Positions 22,761 to 35,860 of a DNA stretch of 64,000 bases are shown here, piece after piece. This stretch comes from Macrostomum lignano (taxonomy: Eukaryota). The translations under genes were made by a program, and so were the position numbers. Within the stretch, counting starts at the first letter, position 1; each line of letters begins with the position of its first letter. The notes below the pieces were generated by a model. That model did not search any database. It was not told the origin of the DNA and saw nothing but the letters and a program-made list of their open reading frames with translations. The stretch spans positions 186,001 through 250,000 of the forward strand of contig NIVC01001325.1 in assembly GCA_002269645.1 (NCBI GenBank). The letters are read 5' to 3'.

Positions 22761-25700
22761 TGATTGAACATCTGCGATTCTCAGGTCCGACGGGTTGCTA
22801 GCGCGAAGCGCGTCACGTTTGGATAAGCTGGTGGATTTTACGGTTGGGCAAGGGAACGGATTCTGCAGATTGAAATTTGAATCGGCTCTTCAGAATCGCG
22901 GTTTTCATGGCTTGCAGGATAAAAGTTTGCAGAAAGCGATTTCTTGGGCATTTAGTGGAGCCTTCGTCTGCGAAGTTGTCTAGAGGTCTCTCGAGTGTTT
23001 TCGTGAAGAGACTGCAGGTGCCCGTCTGAAGTTGATAAAACACATGCAAGCTGATTTTACTTGTTTACGGGTAATATTTTTCCACCATCTTTGCCCAACC
23101 ATTGCAGCTGAATAAACGGTATGCTACATACTTTCATATTGTAAAGGAAAGATGGTGGATTCAGATTAAAGCGCGGAGGGTAAGCAATAAAGAGGCTCTC
23201 AAATGCTGGGAATGCTAAGGGAATGAAAAAGGAGTTTATCACGTGAATTCAGAGTGTCATTAAAATTAAAATTATTCTTTTCTATGAATCACATATGTAG
23301 TGCGTATTGAACTGGAAGCAACGCAGTCTGGCGCCGTTTTGAAATAGAGAAAATGCCAGTTTCGTTCCAAGTTTTTTTCGAGTGTAAAACCGGGGGGGGG
23401 CATAGAAAATCCCGTTCCCGCGGTTCCCGCATAGAAAATGAAAGCCATATTCTTAGTTTAAAATCAGTCTATTCTTCCACGTTATATTTATTGCTGAACC
23501 TATTATTTCTTTTTCTGTTATCCGCATGTGGTACGAAATTAATAATAATAGTAATACTACTACTAGCCTAAACTATTGTGTAGTCTCTCACAGAGCCTAT
23601 TCTTTCGGTAGACACAGTTTGCTTTAGTAGGCCTTGCTCTTAGGCTCTAGTCTTAGCTAAGTCTTACCTTATTTTTATGCTAATTTTGGATTTTATACAA
23701 TATGATCGTTTAAACGACCGTCGGCATAGTTTATGCTCTGCTATGTGTTCTAGGCCTAGTTGTTTTAGAATTCAAAAGCAGCTCTGTGAAAAATATAGAA
23801 CTAGAAGTTTAACACAGATTGCTTTTTGCAGCTTTGTTCTAGGCCTATCTATGGCTCAAAAGTTACAAATGTGCTTTTATTTTAAAGTTCAAAAACATGA
23901 TGGAACCCTCTTGTGGAATTACCCATTTATAGTTTTTTAACAATTCTAAATGATGATATAGAAAATTCTAGTCACTTTTGTCCATTCAAAGAGACAATTC
24001 TTTGTCCATAATTAGGCCTAGGGCCTAGAGAATCTCAGAAATCTTTTAGCATTGAAATTAGATTCAAAACACCAGGCCCTATTTCAATAGCTAGGGGCCT
24101 ATTTGAATCGTTAGATTTTGAATCATGTATATATAGTAGCATTTAGAATATACATTCATGAAGTCATGAAGTCTTGTCCTGTTATTGACAAATTTGCTTA
24201 GCTTGTTTTAACTGTTGACAAATTTGATTTCCTCCAATTTCTTAAATTTTAGATCTGTTGACAAATTAGATAGGTTGTTCGCAAATCTTGGGTGGAGCAA
24301 AAATTTTAACAATTTTCCGAACATTTAGGCCTACTATTGTTACTGCCATATTGAAAATAATAGGACACTTTCATCTGTGAATAAAGATAATTTTTGGGTT
24401 GAAATTTATGTTACAAAAATGTTTTAAATTATCTTGCAGTATTAGGCGATGAAAAAAATTCAAATTCAATCACTTCACCTATGTCCTAATTTTTGACACT
24501 ATGATACAGTCTGTAACTTAAAAAAGTTGTTGTGTTGAAAACTTGCTATATTACATAGAAACAAAAGCTTTTATAAATTTAATTTTAGAAAATGTTAAAA
24601 GACATAAACTGCACTATAAACAATTTTATAGACACTTAACTAAATGCCTAGCATTCCTGGTGGTACAGCCACTTAGCGTCTCACAAAATGTATTTTTTAG
24701 CTGATGCCTAGAATGAGTGCTTAAAATGATACATTTTGATACAGATTATTACAAACATGTGTCATATAAAACCATACTTTGAAGCACAAGATAAATTTCC
24801 TATAACCACATTAGCATTCTTCATAGAGCACCTTTTTGAGCTGAAATTTTATATAGATATCCACTAAAGTGAAATGAGCAAATGATTTTTTTATTTTTGA
24901 AAATATTTCAATTTGGCTATATATCACTAGTTTATTTGACAAATTTATTATATTTTTTTTGAAAATCCTTGTAACCAAGCTATAGAGGTACATGTTCAAA
25001 ACTGGACCTTGAAATTTGATTTGAATGATCAGCTAATGTGTATCTTGAAATGATTTTTTGTTTTTATCAAGTCATTCTATGCTACTCTTTATTTGACTAG
25101 AAAGATACAATATATTTAGAGTCAATTAGAGAAGCATTTAGGCTTATTTAAGAGTCATTATAGTTCTAATTAGTCATCATAATATTTGTCAACTTGACAA
25201 AAATTAACTTCTAAAAGCCCTTATATATTTAAATTAAAACAACAGTGTGTTAATTTCTGGACCAATATTTTGAAGTAACTGACCTTATAAACCTTTATTC
25301 AAATGGGCCCGAAGCTAAAAAATGAATCAAGAGCTTATTGTGTGCTATGTCTAAAAATTTTTTGACTCTCAAATTATACTAAATTAGTTAAATTAGTTGT
25401 TAAATTAAATTAAATCAACTTATTATTTATTAAATTAAATTAGTTTCACTTTCTACTGCATTTAAATAGAGTACCTCTTCTATAATTATAGAAGTATTGT
25501 AAAAAGTTTTTTTGGTTTAATTCTGGCTTGCGTCCATTTTTTAGTTTTGATAGATAGTAAGTGTTGATTAATTGCTTTGTCACCTTTTGCCACTGGAAAT
25601 AGCACATGTCGGACATGCAATACTCTTACTTCCCTGCATCCAAAGACTGCTTCTGCTTCTTCAATACTCAAAAACTGAGCTCATGGAGCTTCAGGTTATG

Positions 25701-25860
25701 CCATCAGAGTGCTGCTGCCAGTCTTGTATGTGTGTCTTTGGTGGGTAGGATCCCCTTCAGTTTTAGCTACTATGGTGGGCTAACTCGAGGAACTGTTGTT
25801 GTTGGTGCTGCAGGTGGCACTGCATAGTAGTATTGACACTTTCAGTGATACTGGCAAGGC

Positions 25861-26010
25861 TTGGACAAAGCTTGTCATTGTCAGAAGGACATGCGTATGC
25901 TGCTAACCAGTGCACTCATTCGACCGGACATGTATCTAGTGCAGTCCAGTGGATTCACTGAGATTGTATGGATTCACTATGATTGTGTAGATCTGCCTCC
26001 TTGCATCACC
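25861..26010 (+). pseudogene. Degenerate PHD-finger-like remnant in AT-rich decayed DNA
   Basis: CHCQK...DM.LVQ...WIHYDCVDLPP resembles a PHD finger with lost cysteines. Confidence 0.3.
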
Positions 26011-26192
26011 TCAACCAGGCTCAATTTATTTTGTAGAATTTTTGTGCGCTGCTTAACTGCATCTTGTGCCTGCTGCCAAGTGATGCCAAGAATTGTGCCA
26101 CACAATACATGTACATGTATTTGACTCATAGACCATATATGTATACATATAATATATGTGCACAGCACATGCACTATAAGTTCATTCATTAT

Positions 26193-26490
26193 CATACATG
26201 CGCAACCTCCAAAATTCGGTCGGCCGTGCGACTTAGTTTTAACAAAAATGCGACGTAGTTTTTGGCCAAAAATGCGACTTACATGTAAAAAAACCCTAAA
26301 GCAAAATTAACGCAACTTTGGGTAAACGGCAGGAGTAACTATGACTGTTTTATTAAGCCAAAATGCCTCGTCAGCTACTTAGTACTACTACTTGGGTATT
26401 TTTTTAGGTGGACATTTTTGCGACTTCCTTGGTTGGCTGCCAAATCAGTCGGCCGGATCGGCCGACTCGGCCGACTGTTGCGCACGTATG
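26193..26490 (+). mobile_element. MITE copy 1 (298 bp, 14-bp TIR CATACATGCGCAAC)
   Basis: TIRs at both ends, flanked by a 9-bp direct repeat ATTCATTAT. Confidence 0.85.
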
Positions 26491-26809
26491 ATTCATTATT
26501 ATATGTCATTGATAGAATTCCTATCACATGAGCTTTTGGTCAATGGACAAACTTGAAATTACTAGAAAAGCTCCAGCCTTCTTTGAGCAGTGCGCTGCAA
26601 GCAAAATATGATTCCTTAGTGCAACCAATTATAAAAGTGTAGTACAGGCTATAGCCTGAAGTAGCCACATGTGTATAAGATGCTAAGGGATGATTTTTGC
26701 ATAGGAGCTACTAATGTTGATAGAACTAGGGGAGGTGAGAGATTCAAAGCAAGGGACGTAAACCATGCATAGTTTGATCATAAGTTTGATTATTGCATGG
26801 GTTCTGGGG

Positions 26810-27109
26810 CATACATGCGCAACAGTCGGCCGAGTCGGCCGATCCGGCCGACCGATTTTGCGGCCAACCAAAGAAGTCGCAAAAATGGCCACCCGAAAAA
26901 ACACCCAAGCAGTAGTACTAAGTAGCTGACGAGGCATTTTAGCTTAATAAGACAGTCATAGTTACTCCTGCCGTTTACCCAAAGTTGCGGTAATTTTGCT
27001 TTAGGGTTTTTTTACATGTAAGTCGCATTTTTAGCCAAAAACTACGTCGCATTTTTTTGTTAAAACTAAGTCGCACGGCCGACCGAATTTTGGAGGTTGC
27101 GCATGTATG
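26810..27109 (-). mobile_element. MITE copy 2, inverted relative to copy 1
   Basis: Reverse complement of 26193-26490 with scattered mismatches, flanked by an 8-bp direct repeat TTCTGGGG. Confidence 0.85.
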
Positions 27110-29828
27110 TTCTGGGGACGCAATGAGAGGCAGACGAGAGCTCACTTTTGATCATCAAAGGCTTGGGCGCCATTGCTACTGGTGTTTTAGTGTGCGCATT
27201 ATGTCTCCTTATCATATTAAATGTGCATTTGCAGTGTCTTTCTTCATTTAATGTGAAATATTTTCACAAATTTTGCCTACATTTTTGTTTGTCTCTGTTT
27301 CTGCATGCTCATTTGCATTTTTACATCTCATACAACCTCATTTTTCTCAATTAACAAGTGGAATTTTCTTAAAGACTAATTGTTGTTTTAGTTAAGCCAG
27401 TAGATTTTTAGTAATTAATAGAGATTTAGTATATTGTACAATAATATTTAATATTGTCTAATTTTTCCAAAAAAATCCAATTTATTGAATTAATTGAAAT
27501 CAATTTGAATTATTTCAATTTAATTTGATTTAAATTTATAATAAGTAACTATAATTTTCAATTTTAAGTACTTATAGCCTTATTATAAGTATTAATGTAA
27601 TAAGTAACTTAATTAAAATAAAATCAAGCAAGTTATAGTTTTCAAAAGTTACTGCAAATCAAATATTTATACTAGTGTCCAAATTCCTCTATAAAAGAGT
27701 ATTTAGTCGATATGAAGTCTATAATGTGCATTTTTGTTGTTGAAGGATAGTTCTTGATTTATTCTATTATTAGTTCCATTTTATTCTATTGTATTCAATG
27801 TAAAAATGAAGAATTCTATTCAACATAAAAATGAACATTATTTTATTGGTCAAATCATCTTGACTTTCAAAAGATATGTATTGTAAACTGTATTTCTAAA
27901 TTCAACCTTTTTAAGATGTAAGAATTCTTAATTCAGTGAGTAAGTTAAATTGATCAAAGTCCATTTGAGTGAATGCTAAATAATTTCGCACTTTGATTTC
28001 TTGCACATGATAAATTTAAATGTCTAGGATTTAGAGCAGAGAAACGAAATATTGTGCTCAAAAACATTTCCTTTGTCGATTTCTTGTTCTTTTATTATTG
28101 CAAAAGAAATGAAAATGCATATTTTAAATAAAAATTAATAGAAATTTTTTAAAATATTTTTGTCATTTTTTAATTTATTTTATTTATTATTTATTAATAT
28201 TTATACTATTATTTATTTATCATTTATTTGTCAGTAACAAAGATTAACAAATCGATTGATTTCTTCTCATACTTAAGTTTTCTTGTGGTTTTAGTAGCAG
28301 ATACTTATAGAAATTGTCAAAAGAACAATTATTTTTTGTACAATTATTGGTCTATGTACAAACTTCTTTTTCAACAACAAAAAGTTGTGACCTATCTTTG
28401 AGAATGACCCAGATGTTGACAAATTTGGTTTAACCCATTGTTTAATAGTTCTTTAATAGTTCCTTAGTACAATAAGGTCCTTTATTGTTGCAACTGCAAA
28501 AAAGGTGGCATACCATTGGGGTATGTTTTTTCCCATAGACAAGAGGCATTTTTTCCAGTGTACCATGCTATACTATCCAAACACTAGCTTCTCAGTACCT
28601 TGAAATAATTTATACAAATCAAATAAAAAAGCACATTATCTTAAGAACTAATTTCTTCTGTTTTATAAATCACCTTATTCAAGTAAAATTTTCATAGACA
28701 AAGATGTTCCTTATAAATCCCTTTTTTCTTAAAGTAACATAAGGACAAAACAAAATAAAGCCTTCACAAAAATAATAGGCATTCCTCTAAATAGAAAGCA
28801 TCTCCTAGATACCAAATGTCCTCCAAATAGCAAGCATTTCCAGATGGCAAGCAAACCTATATAGCAAACATCCCTTAGATAGCAAGTATCCCACAGATAG
28901 CAAGTGGCTAATGCAACAATTTTCTGAGCTAGTGCAATAATTCTTTTTGCATATAGTGCAATAATTATTTTTAATCAAGTGCTTCATTTGATATTGCGCT
29001 ATCACTATGCAATATAAAAAACAATGTTGCACCCTAAGAGTTATGGCAATGGTTGTGGCTATTATATTATACTTTAAAATTTTTGGCTATGGCCCTTTGC
29101 TTAAGTCCCGTCCCCATTTTCATAAAATTTGCCTAAAAATAAGATATACCATCCAATAATTTTGAATTAAAAAATGGGGCTTCACCTTGGCTAATGAATG
29201 CCTAGACCTAAGTATCTAGATTACAAATGCAAATGTTAGTGTTGCATCAATAGGATCTTAGATATAGTTATAGCCAATGTTAAGGTTGCAGAAGTCATAG
29301 ACTTCTATGTATAGTAGCTATTTAGGATTTTTAGTTTGAAAAATTCACCAAAGTTTGTGTTTATCTAGTTCAGTCATAATATTTTATAATGCTATCAACC
29401 AGGAAATTTATAATTTAAATAGCAAACTCAACTATCTAAGTTAGAAAAATATTAAATTGCAGACTCATCAAGTTATTTTAGATATCTGTTATCTTGGTAT
29501 ATAGACCTATAGTATATAGCTAAATAAGAGTCTTTGGAAAAAGCTATCACAAGCTAATATATCTTCATAGTTGTAGCTAAGGGAGCGCATATCTGTAGCT
29601 GTGGATGTAGTTCTGATAATGCACTAGTTTTTAGTGTATTTGTGTCTAGTGATAGACATCAATAGAGACAGCATAGGACCTACACCAAGCAAGCTAGAGG
29701 CAATCACCCCCAAAGGTATAGAAAATCTCACTGATTAATCATTGATCATCATGATAAAAACAGCACTAAAACCAACATCCTATAATCTATGCAACTTCAA
29801 GCCTGCAATAACAATTATTCCCCAGCAA

Positions 29829-30515
29829 ATGTCGGCACTCATTGACAAGTCAGTCTGTGTGCGGCTAACTCCAGCTTTGCTGGCCTTCCTGCGCAATGCC
29901 GCCACAGCACCGGATGGCCAGCTGACCGCAGACTGTCTCAGCAGTATTAGACGCATCCTAGATAGTGTCGAAAGCGACAATGAAGCCAGCAGCTGCGGCG
30001 TCAGTTTCGCTCTGATTAAATCGGTGCGCGACTGTCTGGCGTCGAATGCCAAACAGTCGCCGCCGCCGCCTCCGCTGTGGCGTCTGCTAGTCGGCAGCGA
30101 ATTGCTGCTGCCTAAGCCGCCTGATCGGCCTCCGAATCCGGAGCTGGCAGCCCGGCTGGAGCGACTGCGAGCCGAGCAGGCGCAGCGCGAATACGATCGA
30201 ATGACCGCCGATGTTCGCTCGACGCCGCTGGGCAGTTCGTATCGTAATCGACAATTCCATGATGCTGACGACAGTCTTGGCAGCCAGTTGCGCATGGTGA
30301 ACAGGCAGCTGGCTACTGTGGTTAATTTTCTATTGACAGTTGGGGCGGCGTTCGCTTTCGGTTACAAGGCCTGCGAATTGGCTAGCAGCGAGCGTTCGGC
30401 CCCATTGGTGTACAAAATGGCCGCAGGCTTGCTGCTGGCCGCCGTTGTGTTCTTTGCCGATTTGTACTTTGTTGTTAAGCTGGACTATTTGTCTGGAAAG
30501 AAGAAAGCTGATTGA
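29829..30515 (+). CDS. TMEM199: V-ATPase assembly factor TMEM199/Vma12 (228 aa, single exon)
   Basis: PPDRPPNPELAARLERLRAEQAQREYDRMTADV, two C-terminal TM segments (VVNFLLTVGAAFAFGY; LAAVVFFADLYFVVK), KKxx ER-retrieval end. Confidence 0.92.
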   Translation: MSALIDKSVCVRLTPALLAFLRNAATAPDGQLTADCLSSIRRILDSVESDNEASSCGVSFALIKSVRDCLASNAKQSPPPPPLWRLLVGSELLLPKPPDRPPNPELAARLERLRAEQAQREYDRMTADVRSTPLGSSYRNRQFHDADDSLGSQLRMVNRQLATVVNFLLTVGAAFAFGYKACELASSERSAPLVYKMAAGLLLAAVVFFADLYFVVKLDYLSGKKKAD

Positions 30516-30589
30516 TAGGAGTTTACTTGACCGTCACAGCGTGTTTAGCGTTTAGAAGATGCCCATAGCTAAGAGTCTGAGCCATCTTT

Positions 30590-30890
30590 GAGTCTGACCC
30601 AATCTGAGAATCACCCCCGTGAGAGTCTGACCCAATCTGATAATCACCCCCGTGAGAGTCTGACCCAATCTGATAATCACCCCCGTGAGAGTCTGACCCA
30701 ATCTGATAATCACCCCCGTGAGAGTCTGACCCAATCTGAGAATCACCCCCGTGAGAGCCTGACCCAATCTGAGAATCACCCCCGTGAGAGCCTGACCCAA
30801 TCTGAGAATCACCCCGTGAGAGCCTGACCCAATCTGATAATCACCCCCGTGAGAGTCTGACCCAATCTGATAATCACCCGTGAGAGTCAC
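30590..30890. repeat. 33-bp minisatellite
   Basis: GAGTCTGACCCAATCTGA(G/T)AATCACCCCCGTGA tandem units. Confidence 0.9.
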
Positions 30891-31678
30891 ACCTAATCTG
30901 GGAATCGCCCATTAGTCTCAACAAATCTAAGAATTTCCACATTGATTCTCATGGTGAGAGTCTCATCCATCTTAAAAATCACCTTCACCTACTAGAGGTG
31001 TATTCTGGTTATCATTTTGACATTTATATATATTTATATTCTGGTGTAATTGCTTGCCTGTAAATTATATAAAACAGTTATACAAGCTCCCTGGAAAACT
31101 TGTTGTTCGCTCTTTTTGTACTAGGTATCGTTTTTTCTGGTGTGATAATTGTTGTAATTATGCATAATAAACCTTCTAGTTTGATTTATTTACTGTCTGT
31201 CATTATCTTTTGTTTTATTTCAATCGCAAAAATTAAAAAAGAAAGCTTTTATACAAGGGTCTTCACCTGCAATCGGCGATGCGGGAATTGACTTTTGGGA
31301 ACAGCCAAAAATGTTTGCCGGTGCAAAATCAGGCGAGTATTATGGTTACCTGGTTGCCGCATCTGGCTAGGTTGTCCTTGTAGGGAATCCACATAGCTGC
31401 AGATCATAGGCCATGACGTCATCAATGTTGGTCTTGGATTATTCCCCGTGTCTTTTACAAGCTTTCTTTCACCATAAGACGTCTGTGCTCTCGTCTGCTC
31501 TCTCCTTCAAGTGCTACAGTGAAAAACAGTGAACAGTTTTTACAAGAGCTGGTATATATGTTCGGAGTATGAGTGTGAATCCCCGCTATGAATAATAATT
31601 ATCAGTATCATATGGAATTGCACCAGCTGTAGGGGCAATAACCATGGAAACCAATTGCTATTTGCAGCCAGGCCAGCA

Positions 31679-34600
31679 ATGGACGGCGGTCTGGACATTG
31701 ACCCGGCGCTTGTCCGGCCGTCGAGGCACACTCTCTACCTGCGCGGCTTTCGGCCAAACGTCCGACCGGACGATATTCGTCGATACTTTGTCGATCGCGG
31801 CCACGCCTGCAGCCTGGTGTTTCAGGTCAATAAGCGAGGCGTGCTGAACGTAGCGCTGCGTTTCGACTCGCACGAGGAAGCTGATCAGGTGCGCAAAACC
31901 TAACCTTGTGATTTATTACTTTTCTGTTGATTTTTGCGGCCTCCTAAAACTGCTTAAAAGTTGTCTTTTTTGAAACAAAATAGTCAAATGAGACAAAATA
32001 GTCTCAAAAATCGATTCGTTTCAAAAATAAATTTCACCTTGTCCCCTAATGGCCAGATGTGCAACCGACAGCTCAGCCGCAGCTATTGCGCGGCGCATCT
32101 GAAGGCTGCGTACGGCTGTTCAGTCCAAGGAGTGGGGGGTCGCCACACACACCCTCAATTACCCCAGCTAATGCTGGCACCCATTTTACAGCTGGGTGAA
32201 CTGAAGCGATGCAGAGTTAAGTGTCTTGCTCAAGGCCACAAATTGTTCCAGTGGGATCGGGAATCGAACCCGCGACCTTCAAGTCATGAGTCCGACGCTC
32301 TGACCACTAGGCTGAAACCCTAAAATAAACAAAACTTCCAATTGTGACAAACAAATTTGTAGATTTGAAGGAGATGAACGAAAGCACATTGAACGTGTCA
32401 GAGGAAACAAATGATATTTCATTCTGAGTCTGAGGGAATATCCCTTCTGAGTCTTTAGTCGTCAGAAGACATGTACACTCTGAGGCTTGGGGGCTGGCCC
32501 TCATGAGTGTCAATCGCTAGGCAACCCCTGAGGCTTGGGGGCTGGCCCTCATGAGTGTCAATCGCACGGCAACCCCTGAGGCTTGGGGGCTGGCCCTCAT
32601 GAGTGTCAATCGCACGGCAACCCCTGAGGCTTGGGGGCTGGCCCTCATGAGTGTCAATCGCACGGCAACCCCTGATCATTTTTGTACACAAGTCTCAAAT
32701 TAATCTGGCCGCGCAACGAATCGAACCAACCGGGTGTCGTGGTGCGAGAGTCCGACAGGTTTCCCTAGTTACTATATACGTACAATGTCTTTTTCCTCAA
32801 GGACTACTAAAGTACATAGAAGATTCTCGTTTCTTGGAAACTTTTGAAGATAGAAGATGAGCTTTTGATCTGCTGCTAATGTAGCGACAGAGATGCTTAT
32901 ATTGATAGAGAGCTATCACTCATTTTAGTATATACGATGCTTTTTCTTATCTCTCATCGTAGTATCCCGTCCATCTACTTGTGTTTGTTGTCCTTGCCTT
33001 TCCCTCTGAATTCTCTCAATCGGCACTTTTATTCACTCATTAAAAATTCCATCAAAACCGTAATCCCTGCCAGTTGTTGAAACGCTACGGCGACGGTCGC
33101 TTCAATATTCTCGGCTCTCGGCCTAGCATAGTTTGGTTCAAGGACTTGCAGGCGGCTAGGGAACGGGTGCGCAACGATCCCAATCTTCGGCGTCGCCTAG
33201 AACAGCGCGGCGTCTTGCCGCCTTCTTCGTCGAACTATTCGTCGGCTGTTCACTCGCTATCGTCAAACCTGGCAAACCGACTCGGCAGCGGCGCCGGTAG
33301 ACAGCGGCGCGCCGGAGGCGGCGACTACGACAGCGGCTATCAGCGCGACGAGCATCGGGACGAGTCGCCGCCGCCAGCTTCGCCAAAGTCTTCGCACTCT
33401 TCGCGTTCGCGATCTGTTCTCAGTGCCGGTGGCGGAAGCGAATCTAGGTAAGTCCATAAGCTCCTGCCCCTCACTGTACACTGGCCCCAGCCAACTTCTG
33501 CCCTCAATGTACACTGGCCCCAGCCAACTCCTGCCCTCAATGTACACTGGCCCCAGCCAACTTCTGCCCTCAATGTACACTGGCCCCAGCCAACTCCTGC
33601 ACCTCACTGTACACTGGCCCCAGCCAACTTCTGCCCTCAATGTACACTGGCCCCAGCCAACTCCTGCCCTCAATGTACACTGGCCCCAGCCAACTTCTGC
33701 CCTCAATGTACACTGGCCCCAGCCAACTCCTGCACCTCACTGTACACTGGCCCCAGCCAACTCCTGCCCCTCACTGTACACTGGCCCCAGCCAACTTCTG
33801 CCCCTCACTGTACACTGTTCCCAGCAACTTCTGCCCCTCACTGTACACTGGCCCCAGCCAACTCCTGCCCCTCACTGTACACTGGCCCCAGCCAACTTCT
33901 GCCCCTCACTGTACACTGGCCCCAGCCAACTTCTGCCCCTCACTGTACACTGGTCTCAGCCAACTTCTGCCCCTCACTGTACACTGGCCCCAGCCAACTT
34001 CTGCCCCTCACTGTACACTGGCCCCAGCCAGCTTCTGCCCCTCACTGTACACTGGCCCCAGCCAACTTCTGCCCCTCACTGTACACTGGCCCCAGCCAAC
34101 TTCTGCCCCTCACTGTACACTGGTCCCAGCCAACTTCTGCCCCTCACTGTACACTGGCCCCAGCCAACTTCTGCCCCTCACTGTACACTGGCCCCAGCCA
34201 ACTTCTGCCCCTCACTGTACACTGGCCCCAGCCAACTTCTGCCCCTCACTGTACACTGGCCCCAGCCAACTTCTGCCCCTCACTGTACACTGGCCCCAGC
34301 CAACTTCTGCCCCTCACTGTACACTGGCCCCAGCCAACTTCTGCCCCTCACTGTACACTGGCCCCAGCCAACTCCTGCCCCTCCGCAATGTGCACTAACG
34401 CAGATCGAAACATCGTCCAGTGCCGCCGTCAGCTCCCCTGCATAGGCGAGAGTCGCCGCCGTCGCCTATTTCGCCCTCGGCAAACGCTCGATCTCGTTCC
34501 CGTTCGCCGTTGCCTGAGCCGGAGGCGACAACAGCTACCGCCGCTGAACTGGTTCGACGTCGGAAAGCCGACATTGAAGCGATGTATCGAAAGGATTGTG

Positions 34601-34809
34601 AGACATTCGCCACCGTAGTGAAGATGCTGCTGCGTCACGACCCCAGTCTGGACGGTCCCATTCAATTAGCGTTAAAAGCCGCCCTGAGAGACATTGGAAA
34701 TCAAAGTGTAGACGAATTGCGTGACTATATTCAAAGTATTCAAGCTGCCAGCGCGCAGGCTAGCAATAGCGCTAATGATCGTCAGCTGTCTGGCTCAGCT
34801 GATGGCTGA
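31679..34809 (+). CDS. PPHLN1: Periphilin-like protein with N-terminal RRM (exons 31679-31888, 33074-33447, 34404-34809; 329 aa)
   Basis: GT-AG junctions keep frame. C-terminus YRKDCETFATVVKMLLRHDPSLDGPIQLALKAALRDIG...VDELRDYI matches the periphilin C-terminal domain as recalled. Exons 1-2 give an RRM-like pattern. RS/S-rich linker. Confidence 0.85.
32035..32320 (-). mobile_element. tRNA-derived SINE with CORE/Meta-like central domain, copy 1
   Basis: Minus strand has A box (CAGCCTAGTGG), B box (GGTTCGATTC), then GCCTTGAGCAAGACACTTAAC...CACCCAGCTGTAAAATGGGTGCC. Second copy at 52156-52437. Confidence 0.85.
32480..32675. repeat. 48-bp minisatellite x4 (periphilin intron 1)
   Basis: Visible tandem units. 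Confidence 0.9.
33463..34381. repeat. 34-bp minisatellite filling periphilin intron 2
   Basis: CTGTACACTGGCCCCAGCCAACTTCTGCCCCTCA tandem. Confidence 0.95.
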
Positions 34810-34869
34810 CGCAACGATTTTAGCTGTTATTATTACTGTGTACGGCAGGCAATGAGCCCTGCTTTTGTG

Positions 34870-35860
34870 GAGTTGAAGCGTGGAATTACTGCAGAAACAA
34901 GGGGAATTACTGCAGAAACAAGGGAAATTACTGCAGAAACAAGGGGAATTACTGCAGAAACAAGGGGAATTACTGCAAAAACAAGGAGAATTACTGCAGA
35001 AACAAGGAGAATTACTGCAGAAACAAGGGGAATTACTGAAGGAACAAGGGGAATTACTGCAGAAACAATGAGAATTACTGAAAGAACAAGGGGAATTACT
35101 GCAGAAACAAGGGGAATTACTGCAGAAACAAGGGGAATTACTGAAGGAACAAGGGGAATTACTGCAGAAACAAGGAGAATTACTGAAAGAACAAGGGGAA
35201 TTACTGCAGAAACAAGGGGAATTACTGCAGAAACAAGGGGAATTACTGCAGAAACAAGGGGAATTACTGCAAAAACAAGGAGAATTACTGCAGAAACAAG
35301 GAGAATTACTGCAGAAACAAGGGGAATTACTGAAGGAACAAGGGGAATTACTGCAGAAACAAGGAGAATTACTGAAAGAACAAGGGGAATTACTGCAGAA
35401 ACAAAGAGAATTACGGAATAAACAAAAGGGAATTACTGCAGAAACAATGAGAATTACTGCAGAAACAAGGAGAATTACTGCAGAAACAAGGGGAATTACT
35501 GCAGAAACATGGGGAATTACTGAAGGAACAAGGGGAATTACTTCAGAAACAAGGAGAATTACTGCAAAAACAAGGGGAATTACTGAAGGAACAAGGGGAA
35601 TTACTGCATAAACAAAGAGAATTACTGCAGAAACAAGGAGAATTACTGCAGAAACAAGGGGAGTTACTGCAGAAACAAGGGGAATTACTGCAAAAACAAA
35701 GGGAATTACTGAAGGAACAAGGGGAATTACTGAAGGAACAAGGGGAATTACGAGTACTGCAGAAACAAGGAGAATTATTGAAGAAACAAGGCTAATTACT
35801 GAAGAAACAAGGCTAATTACTGAAGGAACAAGGAGAATTACTGCAGAAACAAGGGGAATT
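34870..35860. repeat. 21-bp minisatellite
   Basis: GGAATTACTGCAGAAACAAGG tandem. Confidence 0.95.

Noticed and set aside
23300-29600. Possible decayed DNA transposon (transposase/Ulp1/PHD) in the AT-rich block
   Set aside because: Only a PHD-like remnant is recognisable. Other motif impressions were too weak to call.
32250-32320. Possible tRNA gene (anticodon CAT; CAC in the copy at ~52370-52437)
   Set aside because: Acceptor stem is imperfect, the anticodon differs between copies, and both continue into a shared SINE body.
2683-34809. Functional link between the LTR element and the nearby periphilin (HUSH) gene
   Set aside because: They are about 12 kb apart with unrelated DNA between, and proximity alone is not evidence.
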